Source: Haliotis rubra (Eukaryota). Taken from it: 64,000 nt of DNA. Position 1 is the first letter of the stretch; each line of letters opens with the position of its first letter. Location: the NCBI RefSeq assembly GCF_003918875.1, contig NW_025765225.1, positions 1,240,001 through 1,304,000 on the forward strand, given 5' to 3'. Of the stretch, positions 11,845 to 24,990 are shown one piece after another. The notes beneath the pieces are model-generated. The model was not told the DNA's origin. It did no database searches and saw only the letters and a program-made list of their open reading frames with translations. Both the position numbers and the translations under genes were made by a program.

Positions 11845-13330
11845 TTCTGAGAATGAAATAACTGTCCTGTCCTAGAATGTGCTCTGTCCCAGAAAAAAAG
11901 GTATTTCTTTTGTGGCAGAGTGTGACTCACATTGTAATTGGTGTTTATCCTGTTGGGGGGTGACTGTTAATGTGCGTGGTGTTTGTCCTGCCCCAGGGCG
12001 TGAATCTCTTGGAACTGGGTATTTCTCTTGTATCGTGTGACTCACAATACGCTTGGTGTTTGTCCTGCCCCAGGGCGTGAATCTCGTGGAACTGAGTATT
12101 TCTCTTGTATCGTGTGACTCTCAATACGCTTGGTCCAACCAGTGTTCATGCAGGTAGCAAAAGCACTGTAAGTCCCCATTGTCACTAGTATGGTGATCTA
12201 CGAAAACCTTCAGTTGTTGGCAACCTATAGCTCGTTTTTATATTGTATTTCTGAGAATGAAATAGCTGTCCTGTCCTAGAATGTGCTCTGTCCCAGAAAA
12301 AAGGATATTTCTTTTGTGGCAGAGTGTGACTCACATTGTAATTTGTGTTTATCCTGTTGGGGGGTGACTGTTAATGTGCGTGGTGTTTGTCCTGCCCCAG
12401 GGCGTGAATCTCTTGGAACTGAGTATTTCTCTTGTATCGCGTGACTCTAAATACGCTTGGTCCAACCAGTGTTCATGCAGGTAGCAAAAGCACTGTAAGT
12501 CCCCATTGTCACTAGTATGGTGATCTACGTATACCTTCTGTTGTTGGCGACCTATAGCTCGTTTTAATATTGTATTGTCTTCATAAATAAAATAGTTTTA
12601 CATGTACATGCTAGTTTTAGGCTCCACCTGTGATACTCTAGTTATTTTACAGTCCTTCGATGACTGATTATTTAGCAGCCTAAATTTATTGTTTATGTAA
12701 TACATTTCTAGTCACTATATGGCTGAAATATTGCCGAGGTGACGTTAAATTTTAACTCACTCACTCACTCACTCAGGCGTGAATTTCTTTGAACTGGGTA
12801 TTTCTCTTGTATCGCGTGACTCTCAATACGCTTGGTGTTTGTTGTGCCCAAGGCGTGAATCTCTTGGAACTGGGCATTTCTCTTGTATCGTGTAGTGGTG
12901 GTGGTGGAATTGGGTTTAACGTCGTGCTTGAGAATATTTCGCTCATATGACGACGTGCATGCGTGTGTATGTGTATGTGCGGATGCTTGTATTAGCCCAG
13001 ACTTAAGCTGGTTTTATAGTGCTAGCCCACTGAGATACCATGCCGCAGTGAAGCATGAATACCCCACTCAGACACATTACACTGACTCCGAGCCGACCAG
13101 TCCTTATTGTACCCATTAATGCCGAGCGCCAGGCAGGGACCAACAAGTACCATATTTTAACGTCTTTTGGTATAACGCGGTCGGGGATCGAACCCGCGAC
13201 CTTCCGCTCTCCGGGCGGACGCTCTAACCACTACACCACGGAGGCGGTCTTGTATCGTGTAACTCTCAATACGGTTGGTGTTTGTCCTGTCCGAGGCCGT
13301 GAATCTCGTAGAACTGGGTATTTCTCTTCT
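11845..13330. repeat. Complex tandem duplication upstream of the Kunitz gene (~400/330-bp units plus ~73-bp sub-repeats)
   Basis: ttctgagaatgaaata.ctgtcctgtcctagaatg starts at ~11845 and ~12249. Sub-repeat gcgtgaatctcttggaactgggtatttctcttgtatcg occurs ~6 times up to 13330. Confidence 0.85.
12895..13247 (-). mobile_element. SINE family C, full length, with 14-bp target-site duplication
   Basis: tRNA head (gtggtgtagtggttagagcg ... ggttcgatccc); TSD tcttgtatcgtgta at 12881-12894 and 13248-13261. Confidence 0.92.
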
Positions 13331-13966
13331 CTGAGAGTGTGATTATCGTGGTGCTGAGTATCTGTCTTGTTTAAGAGACCGACTTCCCGGTGCTGAGCAT
13401 CACCTTTAGCAACCTCCATTTCAAAACAAACATCACCTGGATGCACGAGGCATATATATTCCAAAAAAGGTTCGGGAACATGAGTATGTTAGGGGAAGAT
13501 TACTGTGAAGAATTACAAAACTCAGTGTATTGTAACCGTTCTAAATATTCATGATCCCTAACTTAAGTAAACAAAGCAGGGTCTCGAGGGCCTGATTTGA
13601 AATAATATCCCAACAAAGGCCTAATACGTGAAAATGTGTGAGTAAGATTTTTTGTTACACCCTTTTGTTGAGGAAAGTCTAAAGTGGTGCAGGGATCAGC
13701 CGTTTACCACTGTTGTGAAACCCAATATCATGTTGTGCTCGTGTGCATCATGATGTTTTGTCCTGAATAAGACGGCATATATCAGCTGAGTCTCGACTCT
13801 GTCCTCACCGTGTGTTATATAATCTGTTATTCCTCCATAGTGAAGAGTACAAAAGGGAAAAAACAACAACATTTATGCAGTTATTTCAGGATCTTTTTCG
13901 ATTTTCATGCATATGTGAGCCGATATCACGTTTTCGTGATCAGCCAAACACTAGAGTCATAATGAG

Positions 13967-14500
13967 TCACTGGAACACAGCTTTGTACATCATGGTGATG
14001 TATTTTATGCACAGAGTGGAAAACTCAATCAAGTCCTCTTTGATCAGGGGAAAGTCAGTTGTACACGACAACAAGCACTCAGTAAGTTCAGTTGGGTTCA
14101 TGTTGTGAAGTTTCACACTGGATTCAATTGGCCCAACATTGATCAGGCCTATCCACAGTTCGTCCCGAGTTGCATCTGTGTATCCACACACAACTACGGC
14201 GTGAGTCAGGGGGTCATTATACATCAACGTACACCGATGACACAGTCCTGCTTCACATAGGTCTCTCATTGTATCGCAGGCTTTGATGACAAAGTTAGCT
14301 TGTCGTCGGAGTGATGCGTCAAGCAATGACACCCTCCATGCCGGATGGACTTCAAGCTGGCGATGTATTGCACCTGTGCAAGCATTACACGGGCTACGTA
14401 ATAAAAAGAAACATATGTCACCATGAGTGAAGTACCGGTCAATATTCATCGCCACAGGTGAAATAGAGGACGTATGAACAATCAATACATCTGAAGGGTT
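13967..14500 (-). mobile_element. Probable LINE ORF2 C-terminal relic abutting the glycosyltransferase start
   Basis: 172-aa ORF with a CxxC-x8-H-x4-C knuckle (CHRC...H...C) typical of the non-LTR ORF2 C-terminus; no splice partners found. Confidence 0.55.
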
Positions 14501-14551
14501 GACAACTTCTACACATGGTTACAGCAGCATTAACTCAAGAACATTATTTCA

Positions 14552-17500
14552 ATGTTGATCCGACATCATTTCCTGTGTGTTTTAGTGGTATCAGTGGTGG
14601 TAATCTTTTTCCTTGGTGTACACTGGACAGCACGTAGTTATGTGAGACACAGCACAAAACAACACGAGGACATTCATCATTTTTCAAGGGAAGAAAAGCT
14701 TTTAACACTGGATTTAAAACGCGGATCTGGGCGGTCTTGTGTTTACCCTGCTCATGAACCAAGTGATGTTCCTTGTCGGCCGAATGATCTTCGTGAGTCT
14801 GCTTTCTCATCGGTAGAAGTATCTACTTTACATTAGGTATCGATACGGTAGTGTAGTATTTCAGTAATATCACGACGTGTCAGATGAATGTGAGAGGAAA
14901 ACTGAAGATGAGGAACAAGGAGGCAAATGTCTATGAGTTTCGCCACCTTGGGTTTTCACACCCATATCAAACTGACATACCGTGACATAAATGATGTAAT
15001 TCTGAATGTTATATTGAACCGAACCTATTTACTCCACATGTCCAGGCTATCAGATTTCAGATGCACCCGACATCCTATATTTAAGCTTAACATTCCAAGT
15101 AAGCAGGCATGACGCGAGCATCCTTTGATAAATGCTGCAGTACCAACATGCTGAAGAAAAATCATTTCTTCACCGATCTCGTTCAAATTTGAAATATAGG
15201 TTGATCATAACATATAAAAACAATATACGATTTCAAAAGTCTAGATTTTTATTTTTTAAAGATTATTGTCCAAACAGTGATACGATCCCCTATGAATGTA
15301 CCCCCCGAAACATTTATGAACAAAGTAAGTGACCGATTACATAGTTTTGTCAACATATTTGTGAATGATGTTTTAATGATTATGTAACGTTTTTGTTCTA
15401 CGAAGGTTTATACGAAGTACTGAAGTCATGTACTGAAAATAGTCTTGCATAAAGTGGTAATCAAGTGAAAATCTCAACATAAATGCTCAGGGTAGGCTAA
15501 AAACTCTTAAAAGAAGGAATTTGTATTAGTACATCTTTGAAAATTTCATAGGCATCTTTGTATATAGAAAATGTATTTGTGATTTTCTTTAGTTGAGAAA
15601 CGGCGAATACTGAATGAAACGCTTAAATGGCTTGATCTCGAGAAGACCTTGAATGCGTCCACGACGCTTGTTCCCGGGGGATACCACCGTCCCGTTGGAT
15701 GTGCTTCCGCACAGCGACTTGCCGTAATAATTCCCTACAGAGACAGAGAAGAAAACTTGAAGATCCTCCTCAACAACCTCCACAGAGTGCTTCAGAAGCA
15801 ACAGGCGGAGTATGCCATATTTGTAGTGGAGCAGGTATGTTGACAGCAAAACTCACAGTTTAGGAGTTTTCCGTCGTTTATTACATTTTCAAAAAACATT
15901 TCTTAAATATAAGAGTTAAGGTTACATTTTAGTGAATGCGTTATCGTCTTACTAGAATTAATGCTTAAGAGTCGATTGCTTACAGGTCGCAGAGTCAGGC
16001 CAAAAATATTTGTGTGTGGGTGGCGGGTAAAGGTATAGTTTGGCATGAAATGCATGTGGACCCGGTTTTTTGTAAATATCACTTCATCCAATGGCCCAAT
16101 CGATCTCAAACTGTGCAAGTGGATGTTTTGTCAGACAACCTAATCACATTGTAAATCACCGATTTTATGCATTTGTATTAAAGAATCTGTCTATGTAACT
16201 GTCAACAAAATAAACAGCAGAACGCAAACCGCTTGCAGAGGGAGGGAGCCAATGACCTGTAACAGCGGCAGTGTTGGGTCATAAAGGTCAACGTTCGTCA
16301 ATGTAGGTCAGCTATGCACGTGACAGGTATGAAGAGGTGTTCATTTCTAGCAAATAGCCGGCGAATGACATCTCTGATGACCCTGATGTCAAAAGAATCT
16401 AACTTTGGATGCCTACTTTTTTGTACAAGGTTTTGTTTATTGGTTGTTGGTTTATTTTTCACAATTGTTAGCACGATGTTCTTTTTCAAAAGTTGTACGT
16501 TTCATGTAATCCGACACCTTATAAATCGGTTTGCTACGTTTGCTCTCTTTATTAAAAACATTCAACACATTTCAAATTAAACATTTAGCATCATCTGAAT
16601 AAGCTTTCATAATGACAGCTAGAAGTAGTCAATGTGAATGATCCAAACGATCTATCACTGTGCAGTGCACAGGTAACTATCATGAACTGCACGTGCATTT
16701 ACCTTTATGACCCAACACTGCCGCTGTTACAGGTCATTGGCTCCCTCCCTCTGCAAGCAGTCTGCGGTCTGCTGTTTATTTTGTTGACAGTTACATAGAG
16801 AGATTCTTTAATACAAAATGCATAAAATCGGTGATTTACAATGTGATTAGGTTGTCTGACAAAACATCCACTTGCATAGTTTGAGATCGATTGGGTCATT
16901 GGATGAAGAGATATTTACAAAAAACCGGGTCCACATGCATTTCATGCCAAACTATAGGTCGGAATCTGATTACCATTTTCATTCTAGCACGACAATGTGT
17001 GATACTCGATTCTGATTGGCTGAGAGCTCATCAAAACCGTACTTAAATGACAGTTTAAGGACCGCTAATTAAAGTGACCGATTCACCGCGTATGAATACA
17101 ACGAACTCGTTGACCCTATTGTTTGTAAACAAACATGTCGGACATCGGCAATTTCTATCTCGGCAGCATCTTTGGTGTTTTTGAAGTAAAAAGCGAATGG
17201 TTTGAAGAAGAATTTCTTGACCCTAATCCCAGTGAAGAAACTACGAAGCTGGAAAATCCGTCAGCAGCGCAAAAGCGGCAGTATATTCAAAGCGGGTCCA
17301 GATCTACGTGTGTTGACGTCGACAACACACGTCGGCCCACACGTCCTAACCTGACCGCTTCCGTCCCGGCCGTAATGCCCAGTCCTTCCACTTCCACTGT
17401 CCATGTATCCCACATAAAACGTGGCATGTCAGGTCTTTTCCAAATTGGGAATAGTAGGGTGGTTATCAACAATTATTTCCGTGAATAAAGTTAGCGGCGA

Positions 17501-20500
17501 CTAAACTTAGCGAGTTCACGGCTTGCATTTGGGCGAGTCAATTGTCATACAGTAGGGGAGATCAATAATTCGCTTGAGAAAAATCAAATAATTGTACTTG
17601 CTCACAGTATAAACTGTATTTTTTTATATTTATGTATGCTACTTGTTACAAATACAAGCATACTGGTTCCTGAAATATAGCATTTATGTTGTTGAAAATG
17701 TCTTATTTTGTTCATTACACAACCTGTCCCTCAACGGGACGATTCCAAGCGATTTCCAGGAAAAGGCCCCTTTGCGCCTTGTGTTCTTGCGCGCCAAACA
17801 GTTCGGTTTTAAAACGCTTATCAGTCGTGCTAGAATGAAGATAAAGCTACTCTGTTTTCAATTTTGCGGTCCTTTATCGTTGATTTAAGACCGCTAAATG
17901 TTTAATTTAAAAACCTCACGCTAACGCGTTCGGTTTTAAATTACATTTAGCGGTCTTAAATCAACGATAAAGGACCGCAAAATTGAAAACAGAGTAGCTT
18001 TATCTTCTAAGTTCTATTCCGTCCCTGAATACCCTCAAGGAATATTCAGGAAATATGCATTATATATACTACCCATCAAAAGTTTAGACTCACTAGTGTA
18101 AATGTAGCCACGTACTTCAGTCAACTGTTCTAAACTAGATTTTGCTAAATATTCCATAATGTTTAAAGATACTGTTTACACATGAACTGATGTATTGTAA
18201 AACAAATTCGTAATGTTGAAAACATTATTTTCATGAGTTCAATAAATCATAAAACTCGGTGAAAATTGGCGAATTCTTAACAAAACTTTACACCGAAACG
18301 CAGGTGTTCACATGCATGATATTTGCACATGCTTTTCAGAAAATCGATGCATGATCCTCGCGCATTTCATCTGCAGATGGTTAGTGGAGAAATTCATCTT
18401 CGATGTAACCGTATATATATATACATAACATATAGTGAGTGCATTAAGTGAGTCTAAACTTTTGATGGGTAATATATTTCAAATCTTAAGGTGTGTAATC
18501 AATCAATGCCTTTTGCACTTGTCTTGATAAAGCTAGTAGTTCACAAGAGATTGTTACACAAGGAGGAATGATTTGACATAGAGAAGATTAATTATAAACG
18601 TACAATGCCGTAATTACATATATTTCAGGAAAGCGGTACACCTTTCAACAGAGGATTGATTAAAAATATTGGTTACCTTGAAGCCCAGGCTCTGTGTCAT
18701 TTTGATTGTTTCACCTTCCATGATGTGGACTTGGTGACAGAGAGTGAGCGGAATACCTACATGTGTGGGACGTTGGCTGTGCATCACGCTAGACGACTCA
18801 ACACATGGAATTATAGGTAGACCCAACTCTCTACCATCCTACCTACAAATTATGAAGGACTGACTCACATACAGTTGTATACTTCCCGTGTGTAGAGGGC
18901 GGGAAAACTGTTTTTACAAGTGTATAAACACATGTGTGGTCAGAATGTTTTGTCAACCATAATTCCTAATAACAGTAAAGGCGACAAAACGTTTTTTAAA
19001 AAACATCTATTGTACGATTCCGAATTTATCGTGAGCTTAAGAATTCTTGCTTCAAGGCAATTAACCCAGTCAAAATATATTAAAAAACTAAATATCACAC
19101 CACAAAATTGAGCTACTACATTAATCAAGGATATGAGTCTAAAATAAAAAATAAATAAAATTTAAGTGAGCAATTATTCATTTAAGGAATGTCTGTGAAA
19201 GAAAGATCGATATATAGATTTAAATGACAGACCTTTTGTGTAGGCTTGCACTGTAAATATTATTCTATTTGTTTTTGATATACATTTGCGTTTCAGGGTA
19301 TTGTACACTTTCCTGTTTGGTGGAGTACTCACCTTCAACGAGACATATTTCTCGACCATCAATGGATACTCCAACTTGTACTTCATGTGGGGTGCGGAAG
19401 ACGATGATCTTTTTGAAAGGTGAGGCCTTGCACCTGGAACTTCTTATTCCTGCGGTCTTTGTTTCGGGGACAGCTGTTATTAATATTTTCTAATGAAGTG
19501 TTAAGTGAGCAACGACAGACTCAAGAAACGCTCGTAAAATATAACTGTCCAGAAAACATAGGCACAACCACGGACCTTCGCATGAAACACCTCGTTTTCA
19601 ATGGTTGAGTGTGTAACAACTAATCAGGAAGTTTCGGCTCCCGTCATTTATAATGAAAGGAACGATAATATTCTTCTCTTCGGTTTTGGAACATGACACG
19701 TTTGTGACGTCCAAACTTCATGTGCTACTCAACTTATCGGTCTTACCGGAAAAAAGTAAAACCTCCTTAGATATTATCTATTACGAGGAAAGAATGGAAC
19801 CAGGAACATATTTCCTGGAGTTTTCGTTTCGGGGAGAGTTGTTAGTAACATTTTTTTTATGATGCGTTTAAGTTTCTCATGAAACGCTCGTAAAAAATAA
19901 CTGTCCAGCATAGGCCAACCACGATACCTTCGCACTTCTAATGGTTGGGTGTAAACAACTAATCAGGAAGTTGTACTCCCGTAATTTATAATGAAAGAAA
20001 CGATAACATTCTTCATTGTAACGTCCAAAATTCATGTGCTACTCACCTTTTTGGTCTTACCGGGAAAAAGTAAAACCTGCCTAGAGTTTATATATTGCGA
20101 GGAAAATTTAAAGAGTAACGCCCAAAGCAATGGTCAGTATCCGGGATAGATTGAAAAAATGTTACTTACACGTATCATACAGACACGTTTTCAAACAATG
20201 TTCGGAAACTCAACATTTATGTAATTCAACAGCTATTCATGGCGTGACAAAGTTAGATACAACAAACGCATGGAATCCAACAACACTGATACAGTGACTG
20301 CGGTTAAGACTTAAAATAATGACACCACATGGTAAGAGTCACCAGTGTATGAAATAAGCCAAAACCACAGCCAGACATCAGGGCTGGTAACTTCAAAATG
20401 TTACCAGTTCAAAATGGATTTAACCAAGATATGAGTCCGGCGTATATAACATCTAATTCTGAAATCTAACCCGTCTCGGGCTGTCGGACGGGCCTTATTT

Positions 20501-21966
20501 CATACACTGCTTAGTAAGACCCTGAACATGTAGATGGAGTCATGGCAAAATGATGATTTTAAACTTCTTTTGAATATTTCGGTATACAGCAAGTGACATA
20601 ATATATGTTAGTGATGTTTCGGTCCCAAGGGGGCAAATAATAATAGCAAGGGTACCTGAGCTAACGATGCCAGGACGTCCAAACCTCTCTCGGATGCATT
20701 TTATTTTAACATGTAAAACATAACAACAATAGAGATATTTTGAAAAAAAAATGTTATGCTGTTTATGCTGAGATGTAAATAATCATAATGTTTACCTATA
20801 CTCTCGGGTACACTGGTGAAATATTAAAGCGGTGTTCAACGCTCATATTGGCGTTAAATATTGCTGAAAAATATAATATTCTGATAATTGTCGTGAATGC
20901 ACTGCTCTTTCAAATCATATTCATGTCTGAATAAATATGATATCAACATTTTCCAGAATGCGGAAGAAACAACTGAGGTTTGTAGCAAGCAAATACCCTC
21001 GTTACACTGCTCTGAACCATGAACGGGAACCAAGGCATCCTAAAGAAAAGTACGTGGAGTTGGAGCACACCACATTGTGAACCTTATTTAGTATATATTA
21101 CCAGACAGTTCATTGTTGAATACCCCTGTGGATATTACACATATCCGATTGCACATATGTTCAAATTTGAAGCACATAATGTGTATTCACTGAATATTCC
21201 TTGACAGTATTCAGAAACAGAACAGAACCATGTTGCTTTGTGAAAAATATCGAATGTCTTTCGGAAATCACGATAGTTTCTGGTTATGAACATGTGCTCT
21301 TGCAATAAAATATTTTAATGTGGATTGTAATAAATAGGATAAATGTTCCATGAAAAAAATTCATGTATCTGTGAGGAATGCACAAGCATCATACTCAAGA
21401 TTTCTTTCAAGCGTTGTGATGTCATGTAGATTCAAAGAGTTGATAGTTAAAGCAATGCTAAAGATATATAACATTATGTATTCACGTAAAATGTATTCAG
21501 CTTTTTAGGGACCGTTCATACCTTTTGGCTGGGGGTTGATGATGATTTTAAGGAGGGGGTGGGGTGGGGGTCCAACCCATTTCGTTCTGGGAGGTAGGGG
21601 GGGGCAGCAATTTTGTACACATGTACATGACATGCAGAGGGGGTTACTTACTTTGTACTTAAATTTTAGGGGGAGGGGGGTCAGTCACATCGTATATGCT
21701 TCTCCATAAAAATCCTCATCACCCCCCTAGCTATAAGTTATGAACGGTCCCTTAAAAGTGATGAATATTTATCTTCCAGGATGAAGATCTATGCAAACAG
21801 TTCTCAGAGGATGGACACGGATGGTCTCAACAGCATGGGAAGGTTGTACCAAGTTATATCTGTGGACTACAAGCCTCTGTATACTCGAATATATGTGTCT
21901 GTTAATCAAACCGAAATATATAATCAGCTCAAACGTTATGGGATATCACTATTAAATACAAAATAA
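14552..21966 (+). CDS. Glycosyltransferase family 7, beta-1,4-GalNAc/galactosyltransferase-like (bre-4/B4GALT-like), ~378 aa; exons 14552-14792, 15262-15324, 15593-15834, 18629-18816, 19297-19419, 20957-21049, 21780-21966
   Basis: Type II N-terminal TM segment; motifs PGG..RP..C, AVIIPYRDRE, FNRG, FHDVD, FGGV, NGYSN, WGAEDDD, DGLNS. All junctions GT-AG with consistent phase (1137 nt in total). Confidence 0.93.
16036..16954. mobile_element. Non-autonomous Tc1/mariner-superfamily DNA element with ~250-bp TIRs and TA TSD
   Basis: 16036-~16290 is the reverse complement of ~16700-16954; TA on both sides; the interior encodes a transposase-like fragment (KLDSFDIRVIRDVIRRLF, minus strand). Confidence 0.85.
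16980..18008 (+). mobile_element. Hairpin-terminated element (possibly non-autonomous Crypton-like)
   Basis: 14-bp IR cattctagcacgac (16980) / gtcgtgctagaatg (17824-17837), followed directly by a perfect 65-bp-arm hairpin (17837-17901 / 17943-18007). Superfamily assignment is inference. Confidence 0.6.
18067..18474. mobile_element. Tc1/mariner-type MITE
   Basis: 28-bp TIRs tactacccatcaaaagtttagactcact / agtgagtctaaacttttgatgggtaata, TA flanks. Confidence 0.9.
19520..20105. repeat. Diverged direct duplication within a glycosyltransferase intron
   Basis: gaaacgctcgtaaaa...aactaatcaggaagtt...gaaaaagtaaaacct appears at ~19525-19790 and ~19880-20105. Confidence 0.8.
20343..20509. mobile_element. 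Short MITE with 16-bp TIRs
   Basis: cagtgtatgaaataag / cttatttcatacactg; no clear TSD. Confidence 0.65.
21508..21751. mobile_element. G-rich MITE, Kolobok-like (TTAA-type target)
   Basis: TIR gggaccgttcata / tatgaacggtccc; flanks ttta / ttaa. Confidence 0.75.
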
Positions 21967-24900
21967 AAGTGTTTGATTTGTTTCAAAGGAAATAACTTAC
22001 TTTTTTATTCGGACCGATTCTTTGTTCATTGACCCGTATTATACACAGTACAAACAGTCGAATGACACATCAAAGAAAACACTGTGTGTTTTTGTTAGAC
22101 ACAGGGTAAAATTTCGCTTCTAACATGTGAAAAAATCAGATATCAAAGTGTTTGCTCCTAGACACAGGTACAATGTCTGTAATAACAGCAAGAATACCGT
22201 TTACCATTAACGTAGGAAATACTGGCTAAAATGATTCATTTTACAAAGGAGACAGTATATGAGTCTTTATCACGTGTTTTGGAATCAAAATCATTTTTTT
22301 TTATGATAACATAAATAAATCAACCAAATGTGCAGCTGCTGTAAAAATGTTGAAAACAAAGTTAGATATTGTCCCTCTTGCCATACAGTATGATCCCATT
22401 TAGTGACTCTGAATCTGCATGCATAGATCTGAATATGACTATTTTTAATGTAAGCGGGTGAATAAGGGAACTGGCTGAAACCCCAGGAGCGCCATCTGCC
22501 ATCTTTAGGCACGAAAATTGCAGGTAATTCGTGTTGGTAAAAATATATCTAAACAGGTTGAGCGCTAATGAACAACCTTTGTCAGTCATGGTTACAAGGC
22601 AAGCATATGTAACGGTGCATCTGTGGAGTGTGTGTTTTACGTCTAGCTTTAGTTTTTAAGTGTTCGTCAGGAACAGCGCAGCTGATATCATCACACACCA
22701 TTCTGCTACAGGTAACACTGTCACGGACGAACTGGATCTATTTATTTAGTTATTTACAACCCACCCTGTTAGAACACCGAAATATGCATAAAACTGTCAG
22801 TCTGGCGATTATTCAGTCGAACACGTGTTTCTTCTATACATAATCTGGACACTGTGATTGTATTAATTGTTTCATGTTACATACTCCAGCTATATACCAA
22901 CGTTTGTAAATAAGCAAAACTGTAGCAGTCAGTGTAATGATTGGTATTGAAGCGTATTAGTGCTGGAGTCTAAGATGTTTTAATACGTATATGATAAAGA
23001 TATATTAGACTGTGACACTAATACTCTTCCATAATTTATAATGTGATCATCGATCCACTCTCTTGCTACTCCAGCATTATGATTGGTATTTGGTCTGTGT
23101 TGACTCCGACTTGGACCGGGCAATCAAAACAACTGAGACCTCACAGATCCATCATTATATATGAATATATTTACCAAAAAGACCCACTTATATCCACATA
23201 CATACTACTTTATAAAACATAAAATATCTATCGACTCTGTTGTCCAATGAAAAACAGTTTCATGCTGTCACGTTACATTCATAAACGGAATTAATCTTAA
23301 CCTTCTGTTTAGAGCAGAAGTGAATAAATATCAACCCCTAAAAACAAATACAAAACAAAAGAACAAAACAAAACAATAAAAAAACACAAAACAAATTTCC
23401 CCAAACCCCAAACAAAGACAACAACAATAATCCAGAAACATTCATAAGAGCAATTCGTGCCCCTCTGGAAGGATTTCTAATCGAATGACAACTGTGTTGT
23501 ATTTCTGATTAATCCCTTCAGTAATATACATTACTGAAGCAATCGATAACTGCTGGGTTTTTTAAAAAAAAGGCTTTAAGCTGTTTTAAACAATAACAAT
23601 CATGATGATTTGTTGAAAACATATTCCAGCGTTATTATTACCAGAGCTGTTCACCATTTCCAAATGTATAAGCAAAATACGGTTTAAGAATCGCAAATGG
23701 GATTTTCTTTGTTGAACAGGCAATTAAAAGAACACTGTAAACGTGTCATGGCTACAAGTCTTATTTTTGAGTTGCCGAAAACAGAACTGCAACATTGTCA
23801 AAGGCCACGACGTTGAACTGCCGATTAAAGCAAAACTGAAGATCAATGATTGATCAGTCAGGAAGTATAAGGGAAGGATAAGAAGGAATCCATTCTTGGA
23901 ATTCTGAAAGTCGCCTTCTCTCTTCTTGCATTAACGAAAACATAATACACTAAATATAATTCTCCAGAAGACACCATTAACCCAAAGGTATATTCTCATG
24001 TGGTCTGCTGGGACATGGATGCACAAGTGCCAATTCGGAGTGCAGTTCAACCTGATTATTGAACTTGCAAGTTTCGACAAGGCGGTACAAGTCTACGAAT
24101 TGCGTCACATGGGGCTTTCCTCCAATGTCAGGTTCCTTGGTATACTCAAGCCAATAATGGTTGTCACCCCCCTCCCCACCCCATCCCCACACCCCCTCTC
24201 TATTATATTTTTTTGAAAATAACCATTATTGGCATGAGTATATAACTAAATAAGTGTAATAAATAACTGTGTATCCGAACAGATCCCTAGTGATACTTAC
24301 AATAACTCTAGAATAGCTTTAAGACAGTTCCGATTGAGACCGGGATGAGCTGGCCAAGCCTCGGTACACAGAAGACTGAATGTTTTCGTTTGTCAACATC
24401 ATCGATTCTTGTTCAGTCAGTGGTTTGCCAGATGCGGTCTCGCTTACTTAATTGACCGACGTTAGACAAGTATATTCGAGAAGATGAATGAATTAGGTGT
24501 TATATACTATATCCTCACTCAGAAAGATACTCCCTTTAGAAACATGGTCAGATGATGGTAGATGCTACTTTGTGTGCCATTGGACTGGTTTAAAACGCAA
24601 TATAGATAAAAACAGACACCATTATTATGGGTGAAACCTAGAAACATAATCGGAGGCAGGTGAGATTCGAAACCATGATCATAAGTTTCAGGCGTGCCCA
24701 AGGAACGAAACTCACAATGCGATGTAAATTCCAGTGACTAATCCGACTTGGCATTTACAGCAATACAGGGGAGATAGTAACCATTTGCTTTGATATTGGA
24801 GTGAGTGAGTGGGCGAGTCAGGGTGAGTGTGCATATATGTTATGCGTTTGTGTAAACAGCAATACCATAATTGTGAAACATGATTCTTTATTGCCTAACA

Positions 24901-24990
24901 CATCCTAGACCAAATCCGCGTCCACTCATGCATATGTTTGAAGTCGCGTAGAGCGTTGGTGTCACAGGGTAAGGTTAACTGAATAACGCG

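Noticed and set aside
11975-12900. Regularly recurring ~35-bp motif that superficially resembles a CRISPR array
   Set aside because: Intervening sequences are themselves repeated (no unique spacers), the context is eukaryotic and there are no cas genes
13160-13247. tRNA-like sequences here and at 7340-7412, 9505-9578, 34935-35004, 47397-47465 and 49400-49479
   Set aside because: They are SINE heads: each continues into a shared body and tail, and some have TSDs. Not called as tRNA genes.
17135-17488. 117-aa ORF as an independent host gene
   Set aside because: Lies wholly inside the IR-bounded hairpin element in an intron; more likely an internally deleted element ORF
23760-24150. Possible pseudo-exon of a tandem IR paralogue (minus strand ...EWI...AFDNVAVLF, cf. 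RWL...VLDNVAAI in IR exon 3)
   Set aside because: Only a few matching residues, in-frame stops and no other IR exons recognisable. tBLASTn with the IR protein would settle it.
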